Shown here: piece by piece, positions 48,029 to 57,153 of the stretch
How positions within the stretch are numbered: position 1 is the stretch's first letter
Layout: each line of letters begins with the position of its first letter
DNA from: Myxococcota bacterium
GTDB taxonomy: Bacteria; Myxococcota_A; SURF-8
Length of the DNA: 64,000 bases
NCBI GenBank assembly: GCA_965140415.1
Contig: OZ223209.1
Location: 2,784,001 to 2,848,000, forward strand
Direction: 5' to 3'
Translations under genes and position numbers: made by a program
The notes under the pieces: model-generated
The model's input: only the letters and a program-made list of their open reading frames with translations
The model's database searches: none
What the model was told of the DNA's origin: nothing

Positions 48029-50899
48029 TTACGCGTTGGATTGAACAAGCAAGGAATCCAGAAATGCATTGACTACAGGATCGGTTTCGCCTGCATAGTG
48101 ACCGCTGATGTGGCCGAACTGTTCAGTGGGAACCATGCGATGCAGGGCATATAAAACGATTTCTCGCAGTAGGGCTTCGTCATGGTCGATGAAGCGTTGC
48201 ATATCGGGTACAAGCTCGGATATCCGATTTTTCCCGATGGTTTGGATGGTGCAGGCGATCAGCCATTCGTCATACCCATCGTGTAAGAAAGAACGAAGCA
48301 GAGATACTGCATCGAGTGAATTGAGTTTGAATAACTGATGTCCGTTCTCGATCTTGTCTTCCAAGTCGATGCTGTCGAGAATGGGAAGCAGGTAGCGTTT
48401 GGTTTCTTTCTCACAAATATTGTCAATAATCTCCATTGCATTCGATCGCATGACCTGGTTACTGCTGCGCATGTTGTAGGAAACGATCTCGATCTGTTCG
48501 CGAGGGTAGATCATTGCCAGCAAATGGAAAGCCCGATCAAGGATTTCCTTTGCACGGTCTTTCAGGGCACTGTCAAGCAGTTGTTCATCTATCAGACTTT
48601 CCCTTAAAATTTTAATGTATACCAAGGTTTGGTAATATTGCTCAAGTTCCGAGTGCAGCATCGACTGGATGCGTTTGTAATCCAGTGAAATTTCATCATC
48701 TCGCTTGATGAACAGTTTTTGCATGGCGCGCACTACTGCCGACCGCAGCTTGACGTCCTTTGTTTCCAGCAGTTTTTCTAGAATTTCGTAGGCTTTGACT
48801 GATGGGATATTGGACAAGACGACAGGCAAGGATCTGCGAATTCCCGCGCTAATGTGATCGAGCAGTAGAACGTCTTCCAATTGTTCCAGAATCAATTCCC
48901 CATACTGGGAAAGGGCGACTATCGCTGTTTTGCGCGTGTCCGGGTCATTCAATTTGAAAATCAAGTTGGGAACCAGTTCCGTGGATCGCATCAGGCCGGC
49001 TGCTTCAATGGCGGCTCGTTGCACATCGAGATTGGGATCGTTGATCAATCGGAATAACGGCTGATAAAAGCTCTTGATTTTAATATATCCAAGTACGCGT
49101 GCTCCGTTTTCCCGCTCAACAGGGTCGTGATTGTCCAACATCTTTTTCAGTTCCGCCGTCGATGAGAGAATGCCTTCCAGGCCTCCAAATTCAATCAGAC
49201 CGCTGATCGTCGCGGCTTTCACCTGTGGGCTGGAATCATGCAGGAAATGAGTGATAATCTCGACCGCGCGGCTGTTTTCCAGTCTGCTGTACATTCGAAT
49301 CGCCATGGCGCGGACTCGTTCTTCCGAGTCGTTGAAATGATTGCGCAGATATTTCGAATACTTGCGATTGTGGCTTTGAGCCAGGTATTCGATGGCGCGC
49401 TCGCGTACCCTGGGATGACGGTTTTTCAGCAAGGGCAGGATCGATTCATCCCAATCACTGAAGTTGGATAGGGGAATTACCTCTATGGCATTGAGCACTT
49501 GAGTTTCATCCGAGGATGCCAGTGCTTTTTGAATGACGGTGCGGCTGATTGCCAGATTGCGGTCATCCTCTACGGTTTCCATGCCGGTACGTTTGGATCG
49601 ACGATCGCTGGCGAGTAATAGTGCTTCGATGTACTTGTGGCGCATGGACACCAGTAGCCCGATCCAGACCATCAATAATAGTAGAATGCCCCAACTCAAT
49701 TTCTGAATATGGGCCATGTCGTTAATCACGAAAAAGTAGTTTAAAAGCAGGAAAATCAATCCGGCGATAGCCTGGGCTGCCGGACGCATGATGCCGTCGC
49801 TTATGGCCTTGGCTTTGCGCCGATGAGCGGGAGGCAGTGGCTGATACAGTAATTGAGTCGTCGTGTCGGTAATCGTGTATCGAGTGACCAGTTCTCCGCC
49901 TTTGGCCATCGTTACACCGATAAATCCTACAAATCCCAGGGTAAGGATCGATCCACCGAACAGGGCGAAGGGAAGAACCAATAGCGCCCAAAGAATCCCC
50001 ACTTTTTCCAATAGCCTTGATGTCAGGAAGAACTGTGTGATGCAGGCCAGTAAACCGCCGTAGGCGTAAATAGAAAAGAAGAAATCCGCTAGGTCTTCGC
50101 CGCTGTATTTGTATTGCGCAGTCACTTTGAATTGATAGTCTACGAAGGTGACGGCCAGAATCATGACCATGGTTACCAATACGATGTGATTCTGAAGACT
50201 TTTAAAAACCGTAACGCTGCTTTCCGGGTAGGTACTGTCGAGTCGTTGTTGCCTGGAGCGCTGTCGACCACGTTGTTGATTGATTACCCGGTAACGATTG
50301 CTCAGAAAGTTAAAGATTACAAGGCAAACAAGGATAGATACGATACAGACGAAACTCAGATTGTAAATGCCGATGTGCTCTTTAAGGCTTCGAATGGGAA
50401 AGGAATATAGATTGGCCAGTACCGCACCGCCGCCGATTACACCGAAAAGGCGTTTCGCTTCTCTTGCATTGAACAGTTCATTGGCAAAAGTCCAGAACTG
50501 AATCACCAGCATGATTCCCATGATTTCGATGAACACATACAGCGCCGGAACCACCCAATAGGCCTGCGATGTTTCCAGCAATCCACGAAACACAAGGAGT
50601 ATCAGAACGAAAATCACATTGGAGGCATTGATGATACGTCTGAGCGATAAGCGGATGACCTGTCGGGTATAGAGTAAGGTCGTCAGGCTCACTCCAAGAG
50701 CCACGATAATGTACATATAGGGGAGCCAGTCCAATCGAGATTCGCTTAGAAACAGTGTGTCCTTCATGATTCGGCCAATAATGAAGGCAGCAACGGCATT
50801 GAAGGCATACATCGCCATTAAAAAGGTTTTTAAGAATTCACCTTTTCTAATTTTGAAAGCCTTCTGAAGGAAAGTTTTCACCCGTTCTCCAGGTGTCAT
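48029..50899 (-). CDS. Npt1/TLC-like MFS transporter fused to HEAT repeats
   Basis: TM block with QFWTFANELFNAREAKRLF, followed by HEAT/PBS-lyase-like repeats. Confidence 0.8.
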   Translation of the reverse strand: MTPGERVKTFLQKAFKIRKGEFLKTFLMAMYAFNAVAAFIIGRIMKDTLFLSESRLDWLPYMYIIVALGVSLTTLLYTRQVIRLSLRRIINASNVIFVLILLVFRGLLETSQAYWVVPALYVFIEIMGIMLVIQFWTFANELFNAREAKRLFGVIGGGAVLANLYSFPIRSLKEHIGIYNLSFVCIVSILVCLVIFNFLSNRYRVINQQRGRQRSRQQRLDSTYPESSVTVFKSLQNHIVLVTMVMILAVTFVDYQFKVTAQYKYSGEDLADFFFSIYAYGGLLACITQFFLTSRLLEKVGILWALLVLPFALFGGSILTLGFVGFIGVTMAKGGELVTRYTITDTTTQLLYQPLPPAHRRKAKAISDGIMRPAAQAIAGLIFLLLNYFFVINDMAHIQKLSWGILLLLMVWIGLLVSMRHKYIEALLLASDRRSKRTGMETVEDDRNLAISRTVIQKALASSDETQVLNAIEVIPLSNFSDWDESILPLLKNRHPRVRERAIEYLAQSHNRKYSKYLRNHFNDSEERVRAMAIRMYSRLENSRAVEIITHFLHDSSPQVKAATISGLIEFGGLEGILSSTAELKKMLDNHDPVERENGARVLGYIKIKSFYQPLFRLINDPNLDVQRAAIEAAGLMRSTELVPNLIFKLNDPDTRKTAIVALSQYGELILEQLEDVLLLDHISAGIRRSLPVVLSNIPSVKAYEILEKLLETKDVKLRSAVVRAMQKLFIKRDDEISLDYKRIQSMLHSELEQYYQTLVYIKILRESLIDEQLLDSALKDRAKEILDRAFHLLAMIYPREQIEIVSYNMRSSNQVMRSNAMEIIDNICEKETKRYLLPILDSIDLEDKIENGHQLFKLNSLDAVSLLRSFLHDGYDEWLIACTIQTIGKNRISELVPDMQRFIDHDEALLREIVLYALHRMVPTEQFGHISGHYAGETDPVVNAFLDSLLVQSNA

Positions 50900-51067
50900 C
50901 TACTTCTATCGTCTCCTGTAAAGCATTAAGGTGGTCCCCGGATGCATCTTTCACATCGATTCGACAAAAACCATATCAGGAGGTTGGCATAAAGGCAAGA
51001 GAATGCCAAAAGGAAGAAAGCATATATGAACTGGTGGTTTGAAAAACGACAGGTCCGTTGCTGTTGC

Positions 51068-51095
51068 TTGACAGCCCGGTCAATTTTTCTATACT
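51068..51095 (+). promoter_or_regulatory. Sigma70 promoter of rph-rdgB
   Basis: TTGACA-16 bp-TATACT. Confidence 0.65.
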
Positions 51096-51140
51096 CACTC
51101 GATACTTGATTGAAGTGAAAACTTCGGGAAAGGAACGAAG

Positions 51141-51878
51141 ATGAGAGAAGATGGTCGACAAGCAAACGAGATCCGTCCTGCCGCAATTCAGACGGGTATT
51201 CAGAAATACCCTGATGGGTCTGTATTGATCACCTGTGGGGATACCAAGGTGATCTGCGCGGCTCATGTGACCCAAGGTGTGCCCGGTTTTCTGATCGGTA
51301 CCGGGCGCGGCTGGGTAACGGCGGAATATTCCATGATGCCTGGAGCGGGTCAGGGACGTACCAGGCGAGAACGGCAAACGGGAGGGCGTTCTTCTGAGAT
51401 CCAGCGCCTGATCGGTCGTTCGCTTCGTGCCGTATGCGATCTGGAGAAACTGGGTGAATTGACGGTAACCATCGATTGCGATGTGTTGCAGGCTGATGGC
51501 GGTACGCGAACGGCGTCAATTACAGGAGCTTTTGTTGCACTGGTACTGGCTTTGAAGCGTGTGCAGAGCATGGGACTCATTGGGGAACTTCCTCTTACGG
51601 ATACGGTAACCGCGATTAGCTGCGGCATTGTCGGAGGTCAATTGCTTTTGGATTTGCCCTATGTCGAGGATTATCAGGCGGAAGTCGACATGAATGTCGT
51701 CATGACCGGCAGTGGTCGCTTGATCGAAGTGCAGGGAACTGCCGAGGGGTTGCCTTATACCCGTGAGCAGCTGAACCAACTGCTGGATCTGGCGGAAAAG
51801 GGATGTGGTGAATTGGCTGCCTTACAGAGAGAAGCATTACCAGAGGTTTACGATGAAATTACTGCTCGCCACGCATAA
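51141..51878 (+). CDS. rph: Ribonuclease PH
   Basis: [21 protein letters not shown] and [16 protein letters not shown] motifs. Confidence 0.97.
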   Translation: MREDGRQANEIRPAAIQTGIQKYPDGSVLITCGDTKVICAAHVTQGVPGFLIGTGRGWVTAEYSMMPGAGQGRTRRERQTGGRSSEIQRLIGRSLRAVCDLEKLGELTVTIDCDVLQADGGTRTASITGAFVALVLALKRVQSMGLIGELPLTDTVTAISCGIVGGQLLLDLPYVEDYQAEVDMNVVMTGSGRLIEVQGTAEGLPYTREQLNQLLDLAEKGCGELAALQREALPEVYDEITARHA

Positions 51879-52461
51879 CCGGGGTAAAGTCAACGATCTG
51901 AACGCACTGTTGCAGGACTCGGACATCACGGTGCTTAGCCTGGATGATGTTCCCGATTTGCCGGATGTCGAAGAGGATGGCGACACTTTCCTGGACAATG
52001 CCAGAAAGAAAGCCCAAGCTTGTTTCGGCCATTGTGGCATTCCGACTCTTGCGGATGATTCGGGGTTGATGGTCGATGCGTTAGACGGTGCGCCGGGCGT
52101 TTATTCCGCTCGCTATGGCGGTGAACCGTCCAATGACGAAAAGAATAAAGCCAAGTTGCTGGAGGAATTGAAAGATTTTCCATTAGATAGACAGCGTAGT
52201 GCCAAATTCGTTTGTGTGCTGGTGTTTATCGGAGAAGAAGGGCACGAAAGTGTAGTCGTTGGTGAGGCGAAGGGGCATATCACTCACGAGCCGAAGGGAA
52301 CGAACGGTTTCGGATACGATCCGCTTTTCGTACATCCTGCCTACAATGGAAAAACGATGGGAGAGGTAAGCCAGCAGGAAAAAAATGCGGTCAGCCATCG
52401 TGGTGCAGCCATGCGAGACATGCTCCCCAAAATTTTGGCATTTTCTAAAAGCAAGCGCTAA
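51853..52461 (+). CDS. rdgB: Non-canonical purine NTP pyrophosphatase (RdgB/HAM1)
   Basis: [27 protein letters not shown] and SHRG motifs; overlaps rph. Confidence 0.95.
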   Translation: MKLLLATHNRGKVNDLNALLQDSDITVLSLDDVPDLPDVEEDGDTFLDNARKKAQACFGHCGIPTLADDSGLMVDALDGAPGVYSARYGGEPSNDEKNKAKLLEELKDFPLDRQRSAKFVCVLVFIGEEGHESVVVGEAKGHITHEPKGTNGFGYDPLFVHPAYNGKTMGEVSQQEKNAVSHRGAAMRDMLPKILAFSKSKR

Positions 52462-52516
52462 AATGCGCAAGCGATAACGATCCAGTGATATTTTCCGTCA
52501 GGAAAGGAAACAGGGA

Positions 52517-53425
52517 ATGACAAGTATTCTAGCTCCGCTGGAGACTCGGACGATTAAGAGCATCGATGGCTTACCGATACATGTCACGATTGCTGGTACA
52601 GGACCGCATCGATGGTTGTTGCCTCCTGGATTGGGGACTCCGGTGTTGTGCTGGAAATATCTTTTTGAATATTTTCATGAAAAGATGACGATCGTCACCT
52701 GGGATCCGCGTGGTTGCTATCAATCCGGAATACCTAAAGATCCTGAGCGATTGCGGGTTGAAAGTCACGTTGAAGATGCATTCGCCGTGATCGACGAGAT
52801 GGGCTGGCAGGATGGTGGTTTTGTGACCGGCGGATGGAGCATGGGCGTTCAGATCGGTCTCGAATTGTTCCACAATGCTCCTCACATGGTTCGAGCCTTG
52901 ACCCTGATCAACGGTGCATTTGAGAACGTGCTGAGAACGGCTTTCGCATTGCCGATCGGAAACAACATGATGCGTGGCGTTGCCCACGTCGCCAGCCTGC
53001 TCGCGCCTCTGAGTGCACCTGTTTCCAGTTATCTTCTTGGACAAGATTGGGCTTTGGATCTGCTTAAAAAGCTATCGATTGTTTCCAATAATGAAGACTT
53101 TTTCGCCGAAGTCGCACAACAGTTTAAAGGGCTGGACTTTAAGACCTATTTCAAAATGATGCTCAAGCTCGATGAACATTCCGCTCGCGAAATCTTACCA
53201 ACGGTCAATGTGCCGACCCTGGTGACGGCAGGAAGCCTGGACAAGATGACACCACCAGCGGTATGTCGGTTTGCCCATGAGCAAATTCCTGGAAGTGGTT
53301 ATTTCGAAATTCCCAACGGTACGCACTACACAACCATCGAGTACCCGGAGATTGTGAATCTTAAACTGGATCAATTCTTCCGAACTCGCGTGTTTGCCGA
53401 TAGTTGGGATAACCCCTCGGACTGA
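52517..53425 (+). CDS. Alpha/beta hydrolase
   Basis: GWSMG nucleophile elbow, D and GTH catalytic residues. Confidence 0.85.
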   Translation: MTSILAPLETRTIKSIDGLPIHVTIAGTGPHRWLLPPGLGTPVLCWKYLFEYFHEKMTIVTWDPRGCYQSGIPKDPERLRVESHVEDAFAVIDEMGWQDGGFVTGGWSMGVQIGLELFHNAPHMVRALTLINGAFENVLRTAFALPIGNNMMRGVAHVASLLAPLSAPVSSYLLGQDWALDLLKKLSIVSNNEDFFAEVAQQFKGLDFKTYFKMMLKLDEHSAREILPTVNVPTLVTAGSLDKMTPPAVCRFAHEQIPGSGYFEIPNGTHYTTIEYPEIVNLKLDQFFRTRVFADSWDNPSD

Positions 53426-53611
53426 TGCCAGAATAGCCGATAAGAAAGCAAGTTCTCGCGTGAGATCACAATTTGTCGTTGTTTCTGTCCGTAATGCTGG
53501 AACGTGATCAAATCCTTACTTCGAGTCAATTGTAATTGCGAATGATTCCGTGATCGAATATACTCTGGGTAAGCTTCCTGGGGGCAGGAGGTATCTGGCA
53601 ATTGGATTGGG

Positions 53612-54766
53612 GTGACAATGCAACGGCTCGCAGCACTTCTTCAGCGGCATGAAACGTGGCTGATGGAGAGAATCCTCCATTACGCAAAAACTCACGACTA
53701 TGCGAAATATACATCTACACTAGTGGAAGCCTGGAGGCTTTCCATAAGTGGATTGACGGATTCCATTCTAAAAGGGATCGAACATTATAGAGAGTCCGCA
53801 GAGCTGCACCCGGATGATACTTTTCAAGATAATCCCGTAGCGGAATTCGGCATTGTTGAAGCACAACGCCATCGGGAACGCGGAATCAGTTTCACGATGT
53901 TTTTAGGGTTGTTCAAGTATTACCGACAAGCCTATCTTGATTTGCTTAAAGAATATCTGGAAGAGGATGCGGAACGCGATCATTTCGGTGTATTTCTAAA
54001 TCGTATTTTCGATCGAATCGAAATCGCATTTTGCGAAGAATGGACACAACTCAGTGATCGAGAATTAATTCAGAAATTGCAGTCTACCAATCGCTTTATG
54101 ACCAATGAAAAGAATATGTACCTGACCGCATTTGAGAGTCAGAACAATCCTGTTGTGCTTCTGGATTCTGCATGGTGTATCGTTAACATCAATTTTGAAG
54201 CGGCCCGCTTGGTTTCTCCAACAGTTTCACCTGGAAGCAGTTACTATAGTATAGAAAATGGTCGGACAGACGATGACTTGAAAACGGAAGCAGATGTAAT
54301 TCAAGGAAACAAGGCAATATTGGGGAAACGATTTGAGGATGTATTTCCCTGGTTGGGAGAAATCGTTCAAAAAGCGAAATGTGAAGATAAAAAAGAAGCG
54401 ACTTTCGAAATTGAGTTCAATCAGTTCGGTGAGTTACGTTTTTTCGAAGGAAAGTTATGCAAAATGTTGGATGTCAGTGAGAAGTTCAATGGCATCCTGC
54501 TGATACTTGAAGACCGCACTGAAGCGAGAGATCTCTCGAATGAGAGAGAATGCCTGATTGCTGATCTACAAAAGAATATTAGAGAAATCAAGAGATTGCA
54601 GGGGATGTTGCCGATTTGTGTGTCCTGTAAAAAGATCCGTGATGATAAGGGGTACTGGAACCAGATCGAGAACTACATTTCAAGCCGCTCCGAGGTCGAC
54701 TTCAGCCATAGCCTTTGTCCTGAATGCACCCAGGAACTTTATGGTGATTTCTTGAAAGAAAAGTGA
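53612..54766 (+). CDS. Signalling protein: N-terminal helical domain, PAS-like domain and C-terminal Cys-containing output motif
   Basis: PAS-like segment ending in EDRTE, then LPICVSCKKIRDDKGYW...FSHSLCPEC. Confidence 0.75.
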   Translation: MTMQRLAALLQRHETWLMERILHYAKTHDYAKYTSTLVEAWRLSISGLTDSILKGIEHYRESAELHPDDTFQDNPVAEFGIVEAQRHRERGISFTMFLGLFKYYRQAYLDLLKEYLEEDAERDHFGVFLNRIFDRIEIAFCEEWTQLSDRELIQKLQSTNRFMTNEKNMYLTAFESQNNPVVLLDSAWCIVNINFEAARLVSPTVSPGSSYYSIENGRTDDDLKTEADVIQGNKAILGKRFEDVFPWLGEIVQKAKCEDKKEATFEIEFNQFGELRFFEGKLCKMLDVSEKFNGILLILEDRTEARDLSNERECLIADLQKNIREIKRLQGMLPICVSCKKIRDDKGYWNQIENYISSRSEVDFSHSLCPECTQELYGDFLKEK

Positions 54767-54903
54767 ATATTCTCCGCGTGCTCAAAGCTCTGTTTCTGTT
54801 TTGGCCATACATTTCAAGCCTGTAAAGACGAGTTCCTGTTTTCTCGGAAAAACTCTTCATCTTTTCTATTGCGTATTGAGACAAACTGTGCTTTTATGAC
54901 CGA

Positions 54904-55178
54904 CCGTGAAACGCTAAACGATGGTATGAAGACGGAAGAACAGGAAGTATGACAGGATTTTCTGAAAGGTTCTTGGTTCAGCAGGCAATGGCACCGAAAG
55001 CAAGGACCGGAAAACACCCTCTTACGACTAAAGGGGGGCGAGTCGATGTCGCCTGTCCTCCCAAAAAGGGATTGCAGAGGCTTGTTGCAGCCTGTACGCA
55101 GTCTCTGGAAAATCGTTACGCAAACGTACAATTCCGACCTGAAATCCCCGGCTCAACAGAGAACCGGGGATTTTTTTT
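54904..55178 (+). ncRNA. Candidate structured non-coding RNA or cis-regulatory leader, family not recognised
   Basis: Promoter-like TTGCGT-17-TTTTAT (54869-54897), nested complementary segments and a strong terminator at 55142-55178. Confidence 0.45.
55142..55178 (+). terminator. Intrinsic terminator
   Basis: AAATCCCCGG...CCGGGGATTTTTTTT. Confidence 0.85.
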
Positions 55179-55241
55179 CTCGATTCTGAAAAGAAACCTC
55201 TTTTCTATTACTCTCACCTGTAATCTACCGGGAGTTATACG

Positions 55242-55973
55242 ATGACACCTGACCGGCACATTTTGGAACAGTTGAGTTTACTGCTGGAACTGCAAGAACT
55301 GGATAACGAAATTCTGGAGTTTGAGAAAGAACGGGAGAAAATTCCTGAAAAAACGAAGAACATGGAAGTTACGTTGCTGGAGCACCAGAAAAATCTGGAG
55401 GAAATCGAAAACAGGCAACAGCAGTTGGAGACCGAACTCAACGATAAGAACACACAACTGAATTTGGAGCGGTTGAAAATAAAGAACACGCGAAATAAAG
55501 AGACCGCTCTGCAAAACATCAAGCAGTACGAAGCGTTTTTGCGTGAAGTGGAAGTTCAGGAAGACAACGCCGATGATTTGGAAGCGAACGTTCGTGATCT
55601 GCAAAAACGAATTGATGCAACCAAGGAAGAAAAAGACGAACTCAATCAGAAGATCGAGAGTATTCGTCATTCTCAGTCCGGCGAAATGAAGGAACTGGAA
55701 AACCGTTTGGAGAAGTTGGACGAAACGCTTGACAAAATGTACGACAATCGGGACGAATTCATCGAAAAGCTAGATGAAGACCTGTATTTAAAGTACGAAT
55801 ACATTGCCGAGCGTGTTGGTGATGAAGTTGCGGTCGCAAAAATCATCGATGGTCACTGTGCGGTTTGCAACATGGCGGTATTGCCGCAAATGCTCAATGA
55901 AATCATGGCTGGTGCGTTACATGCCTGTTCTTCTTGTCGACGAATTCTCGTCTGGGTTGATGAAGACGACTAA
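55242..55973 (+). CDS. Coiled-coil protein with C4-type zinc ribbon (DUF164/CT398-like)
   Basis: LLELQELD N-terminus, long coiled coil and CAVC...CSSCRRIL. Start uncertain. Confidence 0.88.
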   Translation: MTPDRHILEQLSLLLELQELDNEILEFEKEREKIPEKTKNMEVTLLEHQKNLEEIENRQQQLETELNDKNTQLNLERLKIKNTRNKETALQNIKQYEAFLREVEVQEDNADDLEANVRDLQKRIDATKEEKDELNQKIESIRHSQSGEMKELENRLEKLDETLDKMYDNRDEFIEKLDEDLYLKYEYIAERVGDEVAVAKIIDGHCAVCNMAVLPQMLNEIMAGALHACSSCRRILVWVDEDD

Positions 55974-56064
55974 AAACATCGAATAACTTCGATCTCTTCC
56001 CTGTCTCTTGAACAATACAGCCCCCTTTTGGGGGACCCTGTGTTGTTTCAAGATGGAGAGTTAT

Positions 56065-56475
56065 ATGACTTTTGAAGAGATAGAGGAAGATCTAGGTTAT
56101 ATCCCGGATAGAATGGCCCGATTGCAGTATGTGGTCGATTTGGGGAAACAACTGCCGGACTTGCCGGATGAGTTCCGGATCGAGTCCAATCTAGTCAAAG
56201 GATGCATGAGCAAAGTCTGGATGGCAGGGCAACCTTTAAAAGGCAATCCCAAGTTGCTTGAATTCTTCGTCGACAGCGATTCCCATTTTGTAAAGGGCTT
56301 CGCGGCAATCGTACTGACAGTCGTTTCTGCAAAAACACCACAACAAATACTTCAAGTCGAAATCGAGCCACTGTTTAAAAGGTTGAATTTAGAAGAGCAT
56401 ATTTCCCCGCAGCGGAAAAATGGGCTTTTCGGACTGATTGGGCGCATTCATAAAATCGCGGAAGAATATTTATAA
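56065..56475 (+). CDS. sufE: SufE family Fe-S assembly sulfur-acceptor protein
   Basis: VKGCMSKVW, DSDS.FVKG and SPQRKNGL motifs. Confidence 0.9.
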   Translation: MTFEEIEEDLGYIPDRMARLQYVVDLGKQLPDLPDEFRIESNLVKGCMSKVWMAGQPLKGNPKLLEFFVDSDSHFVKGFAAIVLTVVSAKTPQQILQVEIEPLFKRLNLEEHISPQRKNGLFGLIGRIHKIAEEYL

Positions 56476-56508
56476 CAGACGTTCGAAAAGACTTAAAAAC
56501 CTAAAAAG

Positions 56509-56814
56509 CTAATCCTTATCAACAAGTTGTTTGGGACCGGCGTTTCCGGCGATGCGTTCGTATTCGCCTTTTCCTCTTCGCTTATAGGTTGTAAACCCTT
56601 TCTTTGCAGCATCTTCGTAATTGACTTTTCCGGTTGCAATGTCACGGGCGGATGTTAGTTTGGCCGGCGTTGAAATCAGGCGTTCCAGTTCGCCGTCACC
56701 GGGGGCATCTTCTGCCACACAATCACCGATGCAGTAGCTGCGTTTTTCTTGGGAAGAATGCAGTATCTCCAGAATCGCTCCACATTTCTTGCACTTATAT
56801 TCATAGATTGGCAC
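56509..56814 (-). CDS. FmdB-family zinc-ribbon protein
   Basis: (M)PIYEYKCKKCG...LERLIS, with a GTG start. Confidence 0.8.
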   Translation of the reverse strand: MPIYEYKCKKCGAILEILHSSQEKRSYCIGDCVAEDAPGDGELERLISTPAKLTSARDIATGKVNYEDAAKKGFTTYKRRGKGEYERIAGNAGPKQLVDKD

Positions 56815-57153
56815 GAAAGCAGCTCCATTCATTATACGATTCAACAGCTTGGATCATAGAGCCGATTGCGGATGCAGTCAAGAAAGAGAGTGCACTAAAA
56901 CAGCGAAATGGTAAGGGACATGATGAACGGTCGTAATGATTGATTTGACTATGAAATTGGAACTTACCCGTTATTCGGACATGAATTGTAACCGAACCTA
57001 TTGACAAAGTAGTAAATACTGGAGTAAATGAAAGTCTCCAACTAGCGCCACCTAGTGACATGAAAATAAAGTCAAATAACCAATACACGTTACGATGGTG
57101 AAAATGTGATTTCCTGAGTCGCCCATGCCTTTTGATTGAAGGAGCAATATCCA

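Noticed and set aside
54949-55245. 98-aa ORF
   Set aside because: It runs through a strong intrinsic terminator and has no protein features. The region is better explained as RNA.
56008-56051. Hairpin TTGAACAATACAG...CTGTGTTGTTTCAA before sufE as a mobile or REP element
   Set aside because: I saw only one copy in the window. More likely an mRNA stability or termination hairpin.
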